Source of the DNA: an uncultured Candidatus Saccharibacteria bacterium
GTDB lineage: Bacteria > Patescibacteriota > Saccharimonadia > Saccharimonadales > JAGQNJ01
Assembly: GCA_964493895.1 (NCBI GenBank)
Contig: CAZBPY010000003.1
Span: 102,146 to 166,145 of the forward strand
Length of the DNA stretch: 64,000 bases
Reading direction: 5' to 3'
The notes beneath the pieces are model-generated. The model worked only from the letters and a program-made list of their open reading frames with translations. It made no database searches and had not been told where the DNA came from. This document shows positions 27,623 through 37,653 of the stretch, piece by piece (the stretch's first letter is position 1; each line of letters opens with the position of its first letter). A program made the translations under genes and the position numbers.

Positions 27623-28066
27623 ATGATCTCACTTAAGAAAAAGCAATCCGGATTTACGATAATCGAGCTTTTGATCGTAATTATCGTAATCGGTATTTTA
27701 GCCACATTGGTTATCACTACATTTAGCGGTATCCAACGAAATGCTCGAAACCGAGCACGAGAAGCCGACATTAACGCGCTTCACAGCCAGCTAGAGTACT
27801 TCTACGGCCAAAATAGTCGTTATCCAACTTTGGATGAATTAAACGATGCTGATTTCCGATCAGCTTCTTTGCGCGGTCTTGATGAGGGTGCTTTGCAAGA
27901 TCCGCAGGGTTCAGCTGCTACATTGGTAGCTACCCCAGCATCTGGTTCTTACTCATATGAAGTAACGCCAACTGGCTGTGATAGCAGTGGCACCGTTTGT
28001 ACTGGTTATACCCTGACTGCGACTTATGAAGGTGAAGGCACTTTTGTAAAGAACAGTTTGAATTAG
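27623..28066 (+). CDS. Type IV major pilin (prepilin N-terminal methylation motif)
   Basis: SD gaaggaggg. MISLKKKQSGFTIIELLIVIIVIGILA is a class III signal peptide (G/FTxxE). Confidence 0.85.
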   Translation: MISLKKKQSGFTIIELLIVIIVIGILATLVITTFSGIQRNARNRAREADINALHSQLEYFYGQNSRYPTLDELNDADFRSASLRGLDEGALQDPQGSAATLVATPASGSYSYEVTPTGCDSSGTVCTGYTLTATYEGEGTFVKNSLN

Positions 28067-28087
28067 CCATACTTCATTCGAACAAAG

Positions 28088-28127
28088 ACACGGCCTCGTC
28101 CCAGCGACAAAAGAGGTCGTGTTTTGT
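28088..28127 (+). terminator. Terminator/attenuator after the pilin gene
   Basis: 10-bp stem acacggcctc/gaggtcgtgt followed by TTTTGTT. Confidence 0.55.
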
Positions 28128-28153
28128 TATACTGAAGCATAAGCAGTTTCACT

Positions 28154-29215
28154 ATGGATAAAACTCTGTTATATCACGACAAGCCTTTGTTCGGCCTTGA
28201 TATCGGTTATCGAACCGTCAAGGTTATGCAGGTGCAGCCCAGCGGCAAGGGTCACTCGGTGACCGGTTATGGCATTGCGCCTTTTGATGAAACAGCAGTT
28301 CAAAATGGGATGATTGTTAATTACGAAAAGTTAGCTGCCAGCATCCACGAGCTTTTTGCCAATGGACTGACCGGCGAGATTTCCACCCGGCGGGCTGCTG
28401 TTTCAGTGCCAGCCTCTCGCACCTACAGCCGAATTTTGTCCCTGCCAATACTGGCTGATAAAGATATCGCTGATGCGGTCCGGCTGGAAGCAGAGCAATA
28501 TATACCAGTCCAAATCACCGATTTGTACCTTGATTATATGGTTATCAATAAGGGACCGAAAACAACGGATATTCTGGCAGTGGCAGTTCCCAAAAAACTA
28601 ATTGATTCCTATATACAATTGTGTAATATTTTGAATCTTGAGCCCACTGTCATGGAAACCACCACCGGCGCAACTAACCGTTTGTTCCGCTACACCGATC
28701 AACACAAAGTTCCAACTGTTTTAATTGACTTTGGCGCGGTGGCTACAGATATCTCAATTTATGACAAACACCTTGCCGTTACCGGTACGGTACCCGGCGG
28801 CGGCGACCATATCACCGCCGACATCGCCTCGGCGTTGGGGGTTACAAATCAAGAGGCTGAAGTAATAAAAGTCCGTTATGGGCTCGGCCCCAGTAAAAAG
28901 CAATCTGAAATTGTTTCTGCTATTGAGCCCTTGCTGGAAAAGACAATCAAAGAAGTTAAACGGATGGTTCGTTATTACGAAGAGCGGTCTGACTACCGCG
29001 GACATATCGAGCAAATAATCACCTTCGGCGGAGCCGCTAACATGCCGGGGCTCAGCGACTTCTTAATTGATCGTTTGCGATTACCGGTACGAGCCTGCAA
29101 TCCTTGGCACCACATCCAATTCAAACATCTTGATCCGCCAAGTCCTGTGGAACTGTCGCTGTATATTACAGCTGCTAGCCTTGCACTAATAAAGCCAAGC
29201 GAGGCTTTCGTATGA
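28154..29215 (+). CDS. pilM: Type IV pilus assembly protein PilM (actin-like ATPase fold)
   Basis: FGLDIGYRTVKVMQV at the N-terminus. Lies in the pil operon. Confidence 0.85.
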   Translation: MDKTLLYHDKPLFGLDIGYRTVKVMQVQPSGKGHSVTGYGIAPFDETAVQNGMIVNYEKLAASIHELFANGLTGEISTRRAAVSVPASRTYSRILSLPILADKDIADAVRLEAEQYIPVQITDLYLDYMVINKGPKTTDILAVAVPKKLIDSYIQLCNILNLEPTVMETTTGATNRLFRYTDQHKVPTVLIDFGAVATDISIYDKHLAVTGTVPGGGDHITADIASALGVTNQEAEVIKVRYGLGPSKKQSEIVSAIEPLLEKTIKEVKRMVRYYEERSDYRGHIEQIITFGGAANMPGLSDFLIDRLRLPVRACNPWHHIQFKHLDPPSPVELSLYITAASLALIKPSEAFV

Positions 29216-29811
29216 TAAACCTCCTACCTCCTGCCACCAAAGAAAGCGTTTCTTATGCCCGGCGTAACGCCCAGTTATTGCGACTGTGCTTTGCAATTGT
29301 TGGTGTGACTTTGGGTGCAATTGTAATTATTGGTCTGGGTCACTTTTACCTGGCTAGCTCTACGGCTCGTTATCAAAAACACAATACTGAGTTAAGCGAC
29401 TCGCTGCGCTCTCAGGATATCGATATCGTTAAATCAGAAATCCAGGATCTATCCGGCAGTGTTAAGCTGGCTCTTCAAGTATTGTCACGCGAGATACTTT
29501 TTTCAAAACTGCTTAGCCAGGCTGGTTCGGTAATGCCGGCTGGAGCGGCTCTCTCGGCACTGGAGATCAGTAATGATCAAAAAGGAATTGATATTGTTGC
29601 TGATGTCCAGAATTACCAAGCCGGAACCCAGGTTCAGATTAACCTGGCTGACCCTGACAATAAGATTTTTGAGAAAGTCGACTTAGTTAGCGTTGAGTGT
29701 AGTGGCACCAACCCGAATTATCCATGCCAAGCTCGCCTCCGCGGACTGCTTGGCGATAACAGTCAGTATCTGTTTATAAATAATCACTCCGAGGGGCGCG
29801 CCGATGAATAG
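29212..29811 (+). CDS. pilN: PilN-like pilus assembly protein
   Basis: MINLLPP start, single TM segment, 4-nt overlap with pilM. Confidence 0.7.
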   Translation: MINLLPPATKESVSYARRNAQLLRLCFAIVGVTLGAIVIIGLGHFYLASSTARYQKHNTELSDSLRSQDIDIVKSEIQDLSGSVKLALQVLSREILFSKLLSQAGSVMPAGAALSALEISNDQKGIDIVADVQNYQAGTQVQINLADPDNKIFEKVDLVSVECSGTNPNYPCQARLRGLLGDNSQYLFINNHSEGRADE

Positions 29812-30475
29812 CCGCAAGCTTTATTATGTGATGATTGGCCTAGTTATCTTAATGGTCGGGGGGTTCGTTAGCATAGTCATAGCTGGTAATAACTATCTTG
29901 GCCAGCAAGCCGACAAGCTTTTTGCCGCAAAATTAGATCAAAAATCTTTGAACGAACAACAAACTGCTTTGATAAAGGCCAAGCGTGATTTGCAACAGTA
30001 TCAGGAACTACGCTCGATTGCTAAAACAATTGTTCCCCAGGATAAAGACCAAGCTAGAGCCGTACGCGAAATTGTTCGTATAGCCGAAGAGAGCGGGGTG
30101 TCTCTAGAAAGTATTACATTTGATGATTCTAACCTTGGCCGAGCTCCGGTCGCTCCCGCCCCTGCCCAGGGCGGCGAACCGACCACTAGCGATCAAACCC
30201 CCGCCCAGCCCAGTTCAGCCAGCCAATCTTCAGCCCCGCCTGTCACCCAGGCTCAACCTGTTACCGGAATTCCCGGTCTATTCCAAGTTCCGGTCACTAT
30301 TATATCTACCAAAGACGGCAATCAGTTTGACAACTTTATATTGTTCTTGAGCAAACTTGAAAATAATCGCCGGACTGCTCAAGTTGAGAAAGTCAATATT
30401 ACCACTGGCCGAACACAGACCGGACAACCATTCATTAACTTCTCACTAACTGTTAACATTTTTGTAAAGCCATGA
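29804..30475 (+). CDS. pilO: PilO-like pilus assembly protein with P/A/Q-rich insert
   Basis: TM segment plus coiled coil. Position after pilN and an overlapping start. Confidence 0.55.
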   Translation: MNSRKLYYVMIGLVILMVGGFVSIVIAGNNYLGQQADKLFAAKLDQKSLNEQQTALIKAKRDLQQYQELRSIAKTIVPQDKDQARAVREIVRIAEESGVSLESITFDDSNLGRAPVAPAPAQGGEPTTSDQTPAQPSSASQSSAPPVTQAQPVTGIPGLFQVPVTIISTKDGNQFDNFILFLSKLENNRRTAQVEKVNITTGRTQTGQPFINFSLTVNIFVKP

Positions 30476-30783
30476 ATAAAGATTTAAACATCGATTTCAA
30501 GGAACTTTCAGCCAAATTAGCCAGGCTCGTCCAGCAATTTAAAAAGTACTCACTGTTTATCGCCATTCTGGTCGTGCTGAGTGTTTATTTATTCTTAGTT
30601 TGGCAGATACGAAGCCTGGCTACTGCCGAACCAAGCAGTGCTGATGTGTTAAACAAGGTCAACGAACTGAATACACCTCGCCTAGATGAGGATTCAGTCA
30701 ATAGAATTCTTCAGCTCGAGGATCAAAACGTTGAAGTACAGACTCTTTTCAACGACGCTAGACGCAATCCGTTTCAAGAATAA
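30472..30783 (+). CDS. Small single-pass membrane protein, last gene of the pil operon
   Basis: 4-nt overlap with the upstream gene. One TM segment. Confidence 0.45.
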   Translation: MNKDLNIDFKELSAKLARLVQQFKKYSLFIAILVVLSVYLFLVWQIRSLATAEPSSADVLNKVNELNTPRLDEDSVNRILQLEDQNVEVQTLFNDARRNPFQE

Positions 30784-31560
30784 TTAGTTGCCGTATTGCT
30801 TTAAGTTCAATTCGTGGGCGTTAATAATGACTTTGGATGTTTCGTACGGACGGGGAACGAAGGTGAAGGTGTAATTTTGCTGTTCGCCAGCCGTTTCGAC
30901 AACCAGGGTGCCATAGCCAAAGATGTTGGCTAAAAATCCTTTTTGTTGAACAGTGACGTCTTGAACATCACCGATGCTAAGTTGAGAAATCTTTTTATTG
31001 AATAAAGTGATGAAAAGAACTTGAGCAATCTTTTCATTAGTCACAAAGACGACATTATTTCTGTACAGATAGGCATTGATGGCTGTGGCCACTAGCACAA
31101 ACACAGACAGCAGAAAGCCGCCAAAAACTGCTACCGAATTTAAGTTCCCAAAGCCAAGAGAATTCAAAAAGCCAGCCGAAATTACTGCTGTTACCCCAGC
31201 AAAAACTGCCAAGGCAATAAAAATTCCTGCAAGAATAATAATCCACAGACCAAAGGCATGTTTTCTGATTTCAGCCAAAAGTTCTTCTTCATCGTCAAAT
31301 TCGATAAACTTAAAGTACTTTTTACCTATACTGCTTAGGTGGCTCTTGCCCTGATCGTTTTTATGGGCAGCAGAGTGTTGTTGCGGTGGTTGATTTGCGG
31401 ATTGCTGGTGACCAGCCGGCGGCATCGACGAAGGAGGATGGTGAGCCGAAGGCGGTGCTGTTGATTGATTTTCCGGAATCGGCTCCACTGTTGGTAAAGC
31501 CGCGTCCGGTAGATCCGGTACTGATGGCGGTTGGGATGGAGGCTGATCATTAGGCTGCAT
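30784..31560 (-). CDS. bPH_2 (YdbS/YdbT-like) membrane PH-domain protein with P/Q-rich N-terminus
   Basis: Two TM segments, then VVFVTNEKI...GTLVVETAG. Start set at ATG 31560 to avoid running into ruvB. Confidence 0.6.
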   Translation of the reverse strand: MQPNDQPPSQPPSVPDLPDAALPTVEPIPENQSTAPPSAHHPPSSMPPAGHQQSANQPPQQHSAAHKNDQGKSHLSSIGKKYFKFIEFDDEEELLAEIRKHAFGLWIIILAGIFIALAVFAGVTAVISAGFLNSLGFGNLNSVAVFGGFLLSVFVLVATAINAYLYRNNVVFVTNEKIAQVLFITLFNKKISQLSIGDVQDVTVQQKGFLANIFGYGTLVVETAGEQQNYTFTFVPRPYETSKVIINAHELNLKQYGN

Positions 31561-31573
31561 GACTTGGGCTTTA

Positions 31574-32611
31574 TTATACCAGTGTTTGCTGTTGGTCGTC
31601 GTCTTTCTTTGGATTAGTTTTACCCAGGTGTCCATGAGCTTTTGGTGTGGTTTTCCGGCCGCGCGGCGTTCGCTCTACCAGACCAATCTGCATTAAGTAT
31701 GGTTCGTTAAAGTCTTCGATGGTAGATTTTTCGTCAGCCGTTAGAGCCGCCAGGGTCTCTAAGCCGACCGGCCCGCCGGCGTAGTTGTCAATAATAGCTG
31801 CTAGCAATCGCCGATCAGACGGATCAAGGCCAAGCTCATCAATTTCCAAAAGTTCTAGGGCCTGACGGCTAAGCGGCTCGTCGATGAAGCCATCGCCGTT
31901 AATATCGGCGTAGTCACGTACCCTCTTCAATAATCGGTTAGCAATTCGTGGCGTCAGTCTAGCTCTTCTAGCCAGCTCGATGGCCGCCGGATCATCAATT
32001 TTAATTCCCAAAATTTTTGCTGAACGTTTGATGATAGTAGCAATTTCCTCTGGCGTATAGAATTCCAGGCGGTGAATCATGCCAAACCGATCCCGCAGTG
32101 GCGCAGCCAATGAACCAGTCCGAGTGGTAGCCCCGACAATCGTGAACTTCGGCAAATCTAGGCGCAGACTCTTGGCGCTCGGGCCCTTACCCAACATAAT
32201 ATCTAATTTGAAATCCTCCATGGCACTGTAAAGAACTTCCTCAACCGATCGGTGCAAACGGTGAATTTCATCAATAAACAAGATGTCGCCATCCTGCAAA
32301 TTGGTCAGTAAACTAGCTAAGTCACCAGCTCTCTCGATGGCCGGCCCACTGGTAATTCGAATCTGGGCACCCATTTCATTGGCAATCACACTGGCCAGTG
32401 TTGTCTTACCAAGCCCGGGTGGACCATACAAAAGTACGTGATCAATCGGCTCGCCGCGTTTTTTAGCAGCATCGATAGCCAGTTTCAAGTTTTGTTTTAT
32501 TCGCTGCTGACCGATGTAGTTCTTAAAATCTTTTGGCCGCAGTGTCACTTCCAATTCCTGCTCATCAGCTGAATTCGGTTCATCCGGTTGAGTCAATCGC
32601 TCAATTGCCAT
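31574..32611 (-). CDS. ruvB: Holliday junction helicase RuvB
   Basis: [11 protein letters not shown] and FIDEIHRL motifs. Confidence 0.95.
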   Translation of the reverse strand: MAIERLTQPDEPNSADEQELEVTLRPKDFKNYIGQQRIKQNLKLAIDAAKKRGEPIDHVLLYGPPGLGKTTLASVIANEMGAQIRITSGPAIERAGDLASLLTNLQDGDILFIDEIHRLHRSVEEVLYSAMEDFKLDIMLGKGPSAKSLRLDLPKFTIVGATTRTGSLAAPLRDRFGMIHRLEFYTPEEIATIIKRSAKILGIKIDDPAAIELARRARLTPRIANRLLKRVRDYADINGDGFIDEPLSRQALELLEIDELGLDPSDRRLLAAIIDNYAGGPVGLETLAALTADEKSTIEDFNEPYLMQIGLVERTPRGRKTTPKAHGHLGKTNPKKDDDQQQTLV

Positions 32612-33193
32612 CTATTTTGACCTCTTTAGAGCTAATTTAATGCGGTCCTCAGTCGGCAGTTTTTTATCTACTTCTTGAAGAGCCAGCATGGCATCAGTTT
32701 CCTGGAACCCCAAAGCCACCAAAGCTTGAACTGCTTCATCAGATTGGTTGATACCACTGCGGCCAACAACATCTTCTGCCGAGTCAGAGCTGGCTAACCC
32801 AACTTTATCGCGTAGTTCGACCACGATTTGTTCGGCGGCGCGTTTGCCGACACCTTTGGCTGATTGCAAAGCTTTGACTTCACCGGCAGCAATGGCCGAT
32901 CTAACAAAATCATCACTACCTATATCCAAAACTGCCAAGGCAACCTTGGGGCCGACGTTTTTGACGCTGATCAGTTGTTGAAATAGTTGCCTGGTTGACA
33001 ATTTTCGAAAGCCGAACAAATCGTGCGACACATCTCGGATGTGCTCATAAACATAAATCCGGGCTTTTTCATTTTTGACAAGATTCATCTGGTCGTCAGT
33101 CGTCACAAACAATCCATAGCCAACTCCGCCAACATCGATAACTACCGAATCTAAAAACTTCTCGCTTACAATGCCCTCCAAGGTCGCAATCAT
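32612..33193 (-). CDS. ruvA: Holliday junction DNA-binding protein RuvA
   Basis: MIATLEGIV...GVGYGLFV pattern and HhH motifs. Confidence 0.9.
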   Translation of the reverse strand: MIATLEGIVSEKFLDSVVIDVGGVGYGLFVTTDDQMNLVKNEKARIYVYEHIRDVSHDLFGFRKLSTRQLFQQLISVKNVGPKVALAVLDIGSDDFVRSAIAAGEVKALQSAKGVGKRAAEQIVVELRDKVGLASSDSAEDVVGRSGINQSDEAVQALVALGFQETDAMLALQEVDKKLPTEDRIKLALKRSK

Positions 33194-33200
33194 AAGTATA

Positions 33201-33671
33201 TTATCTCATATTCATCGAGCAAGTGATAGCGCAGGCTAAGGCATCAGCGGCATCATCGGGCTTTGGAATGGTTTTTAATCTTAGGATTGCTCTGACCATT
33301 TCTTGAATCTGAGATTTGGTGGCTTTTCCATATCCTGTCAGAGCTTGTTTGATTTGCAACGGCGTATATTCATGTAAACTCATTCCGTGCTGCTTGCCCA
33401 AAAGAAGCACTACTCCCCTGGCCTGGCTGACCGACATGGCCGTGGTTACATTTTGGGCAAAGAACAACTTTTCGACCGCCATGGCGTCAGGATTGGTGGC
33501 CTCGATAATTTCCTGAAGCTCATTGAAGATAGTTTCCATGCGATCCGAGTCGGCCTGCCTGGGCGGAGTTTTGATTACTCCAGCATCGACCAGAGCTAAG
33601 GAGCCCTTGCTTACATCGATAACTCCAAAGCCTAGTATCCCAGTACCAGGGTCGACTCCTAAAATCCTCAT
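33201..33671 (-). CDS. ruvC: Holliday junction resolvase RuvC
   Basis: MRILGVDPGT and the C-terminal DAADALA motif. Confidence 0.9.
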   Translation of the reverse strand: MRILGVDPGTGILGFGVIDVSKGSLALVDAGVIKTPPRQADSDRMETIFNELQEIIEATNPDAMAVEKLFFAQNVTTAMSVSQARGVVLLLGKQHGMSLHEYTPLQIKQALTGYGKATKSQIQEMVRAILRLKTIPKPDDAADALACAITCSMNMR

Positions 33672-33702
33672 GACATATATAAGTATACTGTACCCGCAGC
33701 AT

Positions 33703-35145
33703 CTAAGCCTCCCGCTTTCGATTAAGCAAGCTCTTTACCAAGTTGGCGATGCTGGCTCGATATTCGTAGATTCCATAACCTACTCCAAGCACAGCCATGA
33801 CACCGAATATGTAATAACTGACTGGCCGTGGACCGGATTTGGGGTCGTTCATTTTATTGCTAGTTTTCGCCGCCGCCACATTGCGGCAACGATTTGTTTC
33901 CGGGTTGCGTTCCTGTCCCTCTTTGCATGGAGCCAATTGCTTTGAAGCCGAAGCAATATTACGGCAACGATTGGTTGCGGGATTTCTTTGTTGACCAGGC
34001 TTGCATGGGGTTAGCCCAGAACTAGTACTAGCTATATTACGGCAACGATTGGTTGTGGGATTTCTAAACTTGCCTGGTGGGCACTGGGCCGATTCACCTG
34101 CCTTGCTTGGTGTTGATGTTGATAATGTATTTTTTTGATCAGGCGTAGCCACCAAGCCACGGTGCCACTCGTCCTCGATCAGCCCATAGGCTTCATTATC
34201 GTGAAGATCGCCCGGATAGGTCACGCTATCGATTACTTCTGTGTCTGATAATAGATCGACGGTGCCGCCAGCCGAATTTGGCAAGGTGAGGCCGTAGAAA
34301 GCTCGGTATGATGTTGGCTCAAGGAGGCCGCTCAGCTGAAGTTGAGCGGAACCAACTCTTAGGGAACAGCCAGCCAAGTCTACGGTCTGGCTGGTAAGGT
34401 TAAATATTTCAATAAATTCTTTGCCGCTGTCGCTGCCGACAGGGTTAGGCAGGATCTCAGTTATCCTCAGCTGTCGGCAAGTCTGGGTGTCTGAGTTTGT
34501 ATCAGAGTCGGAATCCGGGTCTGGTTCGGCCTGCAAAGGAGTGGCTGCACCTGGGGTTGGTGGAGACATGGCCACGAATGCTAGGCTGTTATCGTTGTTA
34601 ATAGCCGGTATCTCAGCACTGATAAATTGTCTCTGCAAACTTTTAGTGTTAGCTGGTATGATTGCCATCGTACCGCGTTGACAAGGAGCCGCTGAGCTCG
34701 GCGAGCCCCAGCCAATCTCGTCATCAATTTGGCCGCTGTGCTGCAGCCTGACGGCGCCGCCGACATTATCATTCATGCTGATCTCAACAACAATAAAGCC
34801 GCGCGGCTGAATCAAGCCGGTAACTGCTGTATTTTTAACATTCCCTGTCAAATCAGCACCTGACCAACTGGTATTTTGACAGTCACTAATTTGGGCAGTC
34901 GGTTTGGCATATTCCAGCCACCAATCCCCGCTGTCAAAATCAATGGCTTGATCACTATTGTTAAAGAGTTCGACAAACTCGGTCGGTTGCCCAGAGAGTG
35001 CCCCGCCAAGTTTCACCTCAGAAATGACAACTCCGGGCAATGCCTGGGTAACCGCCTGTGCCGATCGTGCAAGCATGAGCGGTAAACCAATTAAAGCCAA
35101 TATGTTGACAACAAGAGTTGTTGGGTTGAGGATTTTTTTAATCAT
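33703..35145 (-). CDS. Secreted, C-terminally anchored protein with lamin-tail (LTD)-like domains and Cys-rich repeats
   Basis: Signal peptide. VISEV...EFVELFN and ITEILPNP...EFIEIFN are LTD-like. Three CxxGxxRNPxTNRCRN repeats and a C-terminal TM segment. Confidence 0.6.
   Translation of the reverse strand: MIKKILNPTTLVVNILALIGLPLMLARSAQAVTQALPGVVISEVKLGGALSGQPTEFVELFNNSDQAIDFDSGDWWLEYAKPTAQISDCQNTSWSGADLTGNVKNTAVTGLIQPRGFIVVEISMNDNVGGAVRLQHSGQIDDEIGWGSPSSAAPCQRGTMAIIPANTKSLQRQFISAEIPAINNDNSLAFVAMSPPTPGAATPLQAEPDPDSDSDTNSDTQTCRQLRITEILPNPVGSDSGKEFIEIFNLTSQTVDLAGCSLRVGSAQLQLSGLLEPTSYRAFYGLTLPNSAGGTVDLLSDTEVIDSVTYPGDLHDNEAYGLIEDEWHRGLVATPDQKNTLSTSTPSKAGESAQCPPGKFRNPTTNRCRNIASTSSGLTPCKPGQQRNPATNRCRNIASASKQLAPCKEGQERNPETNRCRNVAAAKTSNKMNDPKSGPRPVSYYIFGVMAVLGVGYGIYEYRASIANLVKSLLNRKREA
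33877..34083 (-). repeat. Three tandem 78-bp (26-aa) coding repeats
   Basis: CPPGKFRNPTTNRCRNIA / CKPGQQRNPATNRCRNIA / CKEGQERNPETNRCRNVA. The DNA copies share attacggcaacgattggttg. Confidence 0.85.
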
Positions 35146-35151
35146 GCCCCG

Positions 35152-35181
35152 ATGCTAGCGCACTGTAATTTGACATGTCAA
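35152..35181 (-). promoter_or_regulatory. Promoter TTGACA-N18-TAGCAT, 6 nt before the ATG of the LTD-protein gene (leaderless-type)
   Basis: Read on the minus strand. The -35 box lies inside the perfect palindrome tttgacatgtcaaa (35170-35183). Confidence 0.55.
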
Positions 35182-35236
35182 AATAAAATGGTTTTGTTTA
35201 ATTTTTGTTTAATATGTCTTAAAAACTTCTTAAATT

Positions 35237-35944
35237 CTAGGCAACGTTAGTGTGCGTGTTAGTGACATCATCAAGATCTTCTAGGGCTTCCATAAGCCGT
35301 ACCAGCTTGCCTTCGGTGTCAGGATCATCAATCGCCACCATGTTATTAGGCACGAATGTTAGTTCGGCCTCAGTGATTTCCAGTCCTTCTTTCTGTAAAG
35401 TATCTCTAACTTGAGCCAGCTCTTTCGGGTCAGTGTAGACAACCGTTTCGCCGTCTTCTTCGACTGCGTCTTCAGCTCCGGCATCAAGAACTTGCAGCAA
35501 AACGTCCTCGCCTGTGCCTTTGACCCGAATAACGCCTTTTCTATCAAACTGAAAAGCCACGGCGCCCTTTTCAGCAATATTGCCGCCGTGTTTTGTAAAG
35601 GCCAAGCGAACCTCGGGATAGGTCCGGTTCAGGTTATCAGTGGCGCACTCTACCAAGATGGCCGCTCCGCCGGGGCCGTAGCCTTCGTACATGACCTCCT
35701 GGATTTGGTCCGAGCCGCTAGCGCCCGAACCGCGGTCAATCGATCGCTGAATATTAGTGTTGGGCATGTTGACTGCCCTGGCTTTATCAATCGCCAACCG
35801 AAGAGCAAAATTGGTATCAGGGTCGGCTCCCCCGCGGGCCGCAATAGCAATCTGGTTGCCTAGTTTTGTGAACAATGCTCCGCGCTTGGCGTCGTTAGCA
35901 CCTTTCTGACGTTTAATCTTCGACCATTTGTTGTGACCGGCCAT
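35237..35944 (-). CDS. yebC: YebC/PmpR-family transcriptional regulator
   Basis: MAGHNKWSKIKRQKG start. Confidence 0.9.
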   Translation of the reverse strand: MAGHNKWSKIKRQKGANDAKRGALFTKLGNQIAIAARGGADPDTNFALRLAIDKARAVNMPNTNIQRSIDRGSGASGSDQIQEVMYEGYGPGGAAILVECATDNLNRTYPEVRLAFTKHGGNIAEKGAVAFQFDRKGVIRVKGTGEDVLLQVLDAGAEDAVEEDGETVVYTDPKELAQVRDTLQKEGLEITEAELTFVPNNMVAIDDPDTEGKLVRLMEALEDLDDVTNTHTNVA

Positions 35945-35946
35945 GC

Positions 35947-37407
35947 TTATATTTGCTCCTTCTTCTCTGTTATTATAGCATGATTCGGCCGCAATTTCAT
36001 CTTCAGAATCAACACCAGTCCAATAATCATCAGGTTAAGCACCACCATTTGGCCAGTGTTGATTTTAAAGTCGATGCTGGCATGCGGAATCTTGGCTAAA
36101 ATACTGGAAATCGACAACATATATTCTAAGACTACGTAAGTTGGAGCGGTGATTAGCCGAGCGAACAGAAAATCGAAACTGCCGGCCAGACCCGACAGAA
36201 AACTCAGCAGCATGGCTAACGGTGATAAAGGCACCACCAAAAGGTTGGCTATAATGCTGATCAGTGATAAGCGGCCAAAAATAAACAGGATCACCGGCAG
36301 GGTACAAAGTTGAGCTGCGGTGGTTTCCGTCAGCACGGATGGGATCAGACTATCTTGCCACCTGGCAGGTACAAATCTTTCTTTGATAAGCGGCGCCAGC
36401 ACCAACACGCCAAAGAAAGCTGTAAACGACAAGTACCAGCCAATGTTCGACCAGATGTAAAGCGGATTGACGCCGGCAGTCAGGGCCGCGGTCAGCAGCA
36501 GTAGGAACAGCGGTTTAAACGATCGGCCAAAAAACCACATCAGCAAACTCAAGCTGCTGACCGCGGCCGCTCGGACGATTGACGGAGCAAAACCAGTGAA
36601 CAACAAGAACACGCCAATCAATGACAAGGCAAACACCACTGATTGAAACCGAGATCTCCGCCGAAACATACGCCGGACAATCTCAATAATCACTGTCAGG
36701 TTGTAACCGGACACTGCCACAATATGAACCAAGCCAGTGGTAATCATGTCCTGCTCGAGCTGGGGATCAAGCGTAGCTCTTTGCCCAATCAGCAACCCCA
36801 ACCCGAACGAGGCGACCTGATCAGGCAGAACATCTTGCATGCCGGCCGCGAAAGCGCGGCGGGCAGATTCAATGATGGTTTGGTGTCGAGACAACAGTCT
36901 CAGATTAGCAAAACTGGTCCCCACAATCTGCCCGCCGCGCTTCTTAAATAACCGGCCTGTCATGCTCAACCGATCACCGCGGTAAACCATCGGCAGGCCC
37001 ATCCCCTCAACATCAATCTCGCCCGGCAAATTCTCACCGAACTGCTCAATCAAAACCATGCTGCCAGCTGGAAACTCCAATTGCCCACGATCACTATAAA
37101 CGGCGTCATCAAGAGCAGTTATTTCAATTGTCACCTTTTGTCCGATCAGATGGTCGTAAATCCCGACGCGGTTCATCATGACACCACCTCGCCACAGACC
37201 CAGTAGTCCCAAGGTCACAGACATACCGACTAGCAACCACACTCGGCGGCGACTAATCAAGAATCCAATCAGATTCACCACCCCCGAACCTGCCACCAGC
37301 CAACCATCAATTGGCTCAACAATCCGCGCAAGGCCCAGACCAGCCAAAAACATAGCCAGCCCGACAGAATATATTGTTGTCAGCCGTATATTTCGCGCTC
37401 CAACCAT
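35947..37407 (-). CDS. comEC: ComEC/Rec2 DNA internalisation channel (competence domain only)
   Basis: Polytopic. GLVHIVAVSGYNLTVI motif. Start is ambiguous (ATG 37407 or TTG 37431). Confidence 0.8.
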   Translation of the reverse strand: MVGARNIRLTTIYSVGLAMFLAGLGLARIVEPIDGWLVAGSGVVNLIGFLISRRRVWLLVGMSVTLGLLGLWRGGVMMNRVGIYDHLIGQKVTIEITALDDAVYSDRGQLEFPAGSMVLIEQFGENLPGEIDVEGMGLPMVYRGDRLSMTGRLFKKRGGQIVGTSFANLRLLSRHQTIIESARRAFAAGMQDVLPDQVASFGLGLLIGQRATLDPQLEQDMITTGLVHIVAVSGYNLTVIIEIVRRMFRRRSRFQSVVFALSLIGVFLLFTGFAPSIVRAAAVSSLSLLMWFFGRSFKPLFLLLLTAALTAGVNPLYIWSNIGWYLSFTAFFGVLVLAPLIKERFVPARWQDSLIPSVLTETTAAQLCTLPVILFIFGRLSLISIIANLLVVPLSPLAMLLSFLSGLAGSFDFLFARLITAPTYVVLEYMLSISSILAKIPHASIDFKINTGQMVVLNLMIIGLVLILKMKLRPNHAIITEKKEQI

Positions 37408-37515
37408 GCTCGAAAAACCATAGCAAGTCAATGTTAGCTTTTTCTTAACTGATTGACTTTTAAGCCAAAAACAGAGATAATTCTACCTGTTTTGCGCGCC
37501 AAAAGCGCTGGCCAC

Positions 37516-37592
37516 GGGCCCGTAGCTCAGCTGGTTAGAGCACCTGCCTTTTAAGCAGGGTGTCGTGGGTTCGAGTCCCACCGGGCCCTCCA
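37516..37592 (+). tRNA. tRNA-Lys(TTT), CCA encoded
   Basis: Acceptor gggcccg, anticodon loop ctTTTaa, T-loop ggttcgagtcc. Confidence 0.9.
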
Positions 37593-37597
37593 CAAAT

Positions 37598-37636
37598 AAG
37601 AACCTTAAAGACCTTTCGATTTAAGAGTTCTTTTTG
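37598..37636 (+). terminator. Terminator after tRNA-Lys(TTT)
   Basis: aagaaccttaa.../...ttaagagttctt stem followed by TTTTT. Confidence 0.6.
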
Positions 37637-37641
37637 TTTGC

Positions 37642-37647
37642 TAAAAT
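37642..37647 (+). promoter_or_regulatory. -10 box TAAAAT, 6 nt before GTG 37654
   Basis: Read directly from the sequence. No SD. Confidence 0.35.
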
Positions 37648-37653
37648 AAAAAT

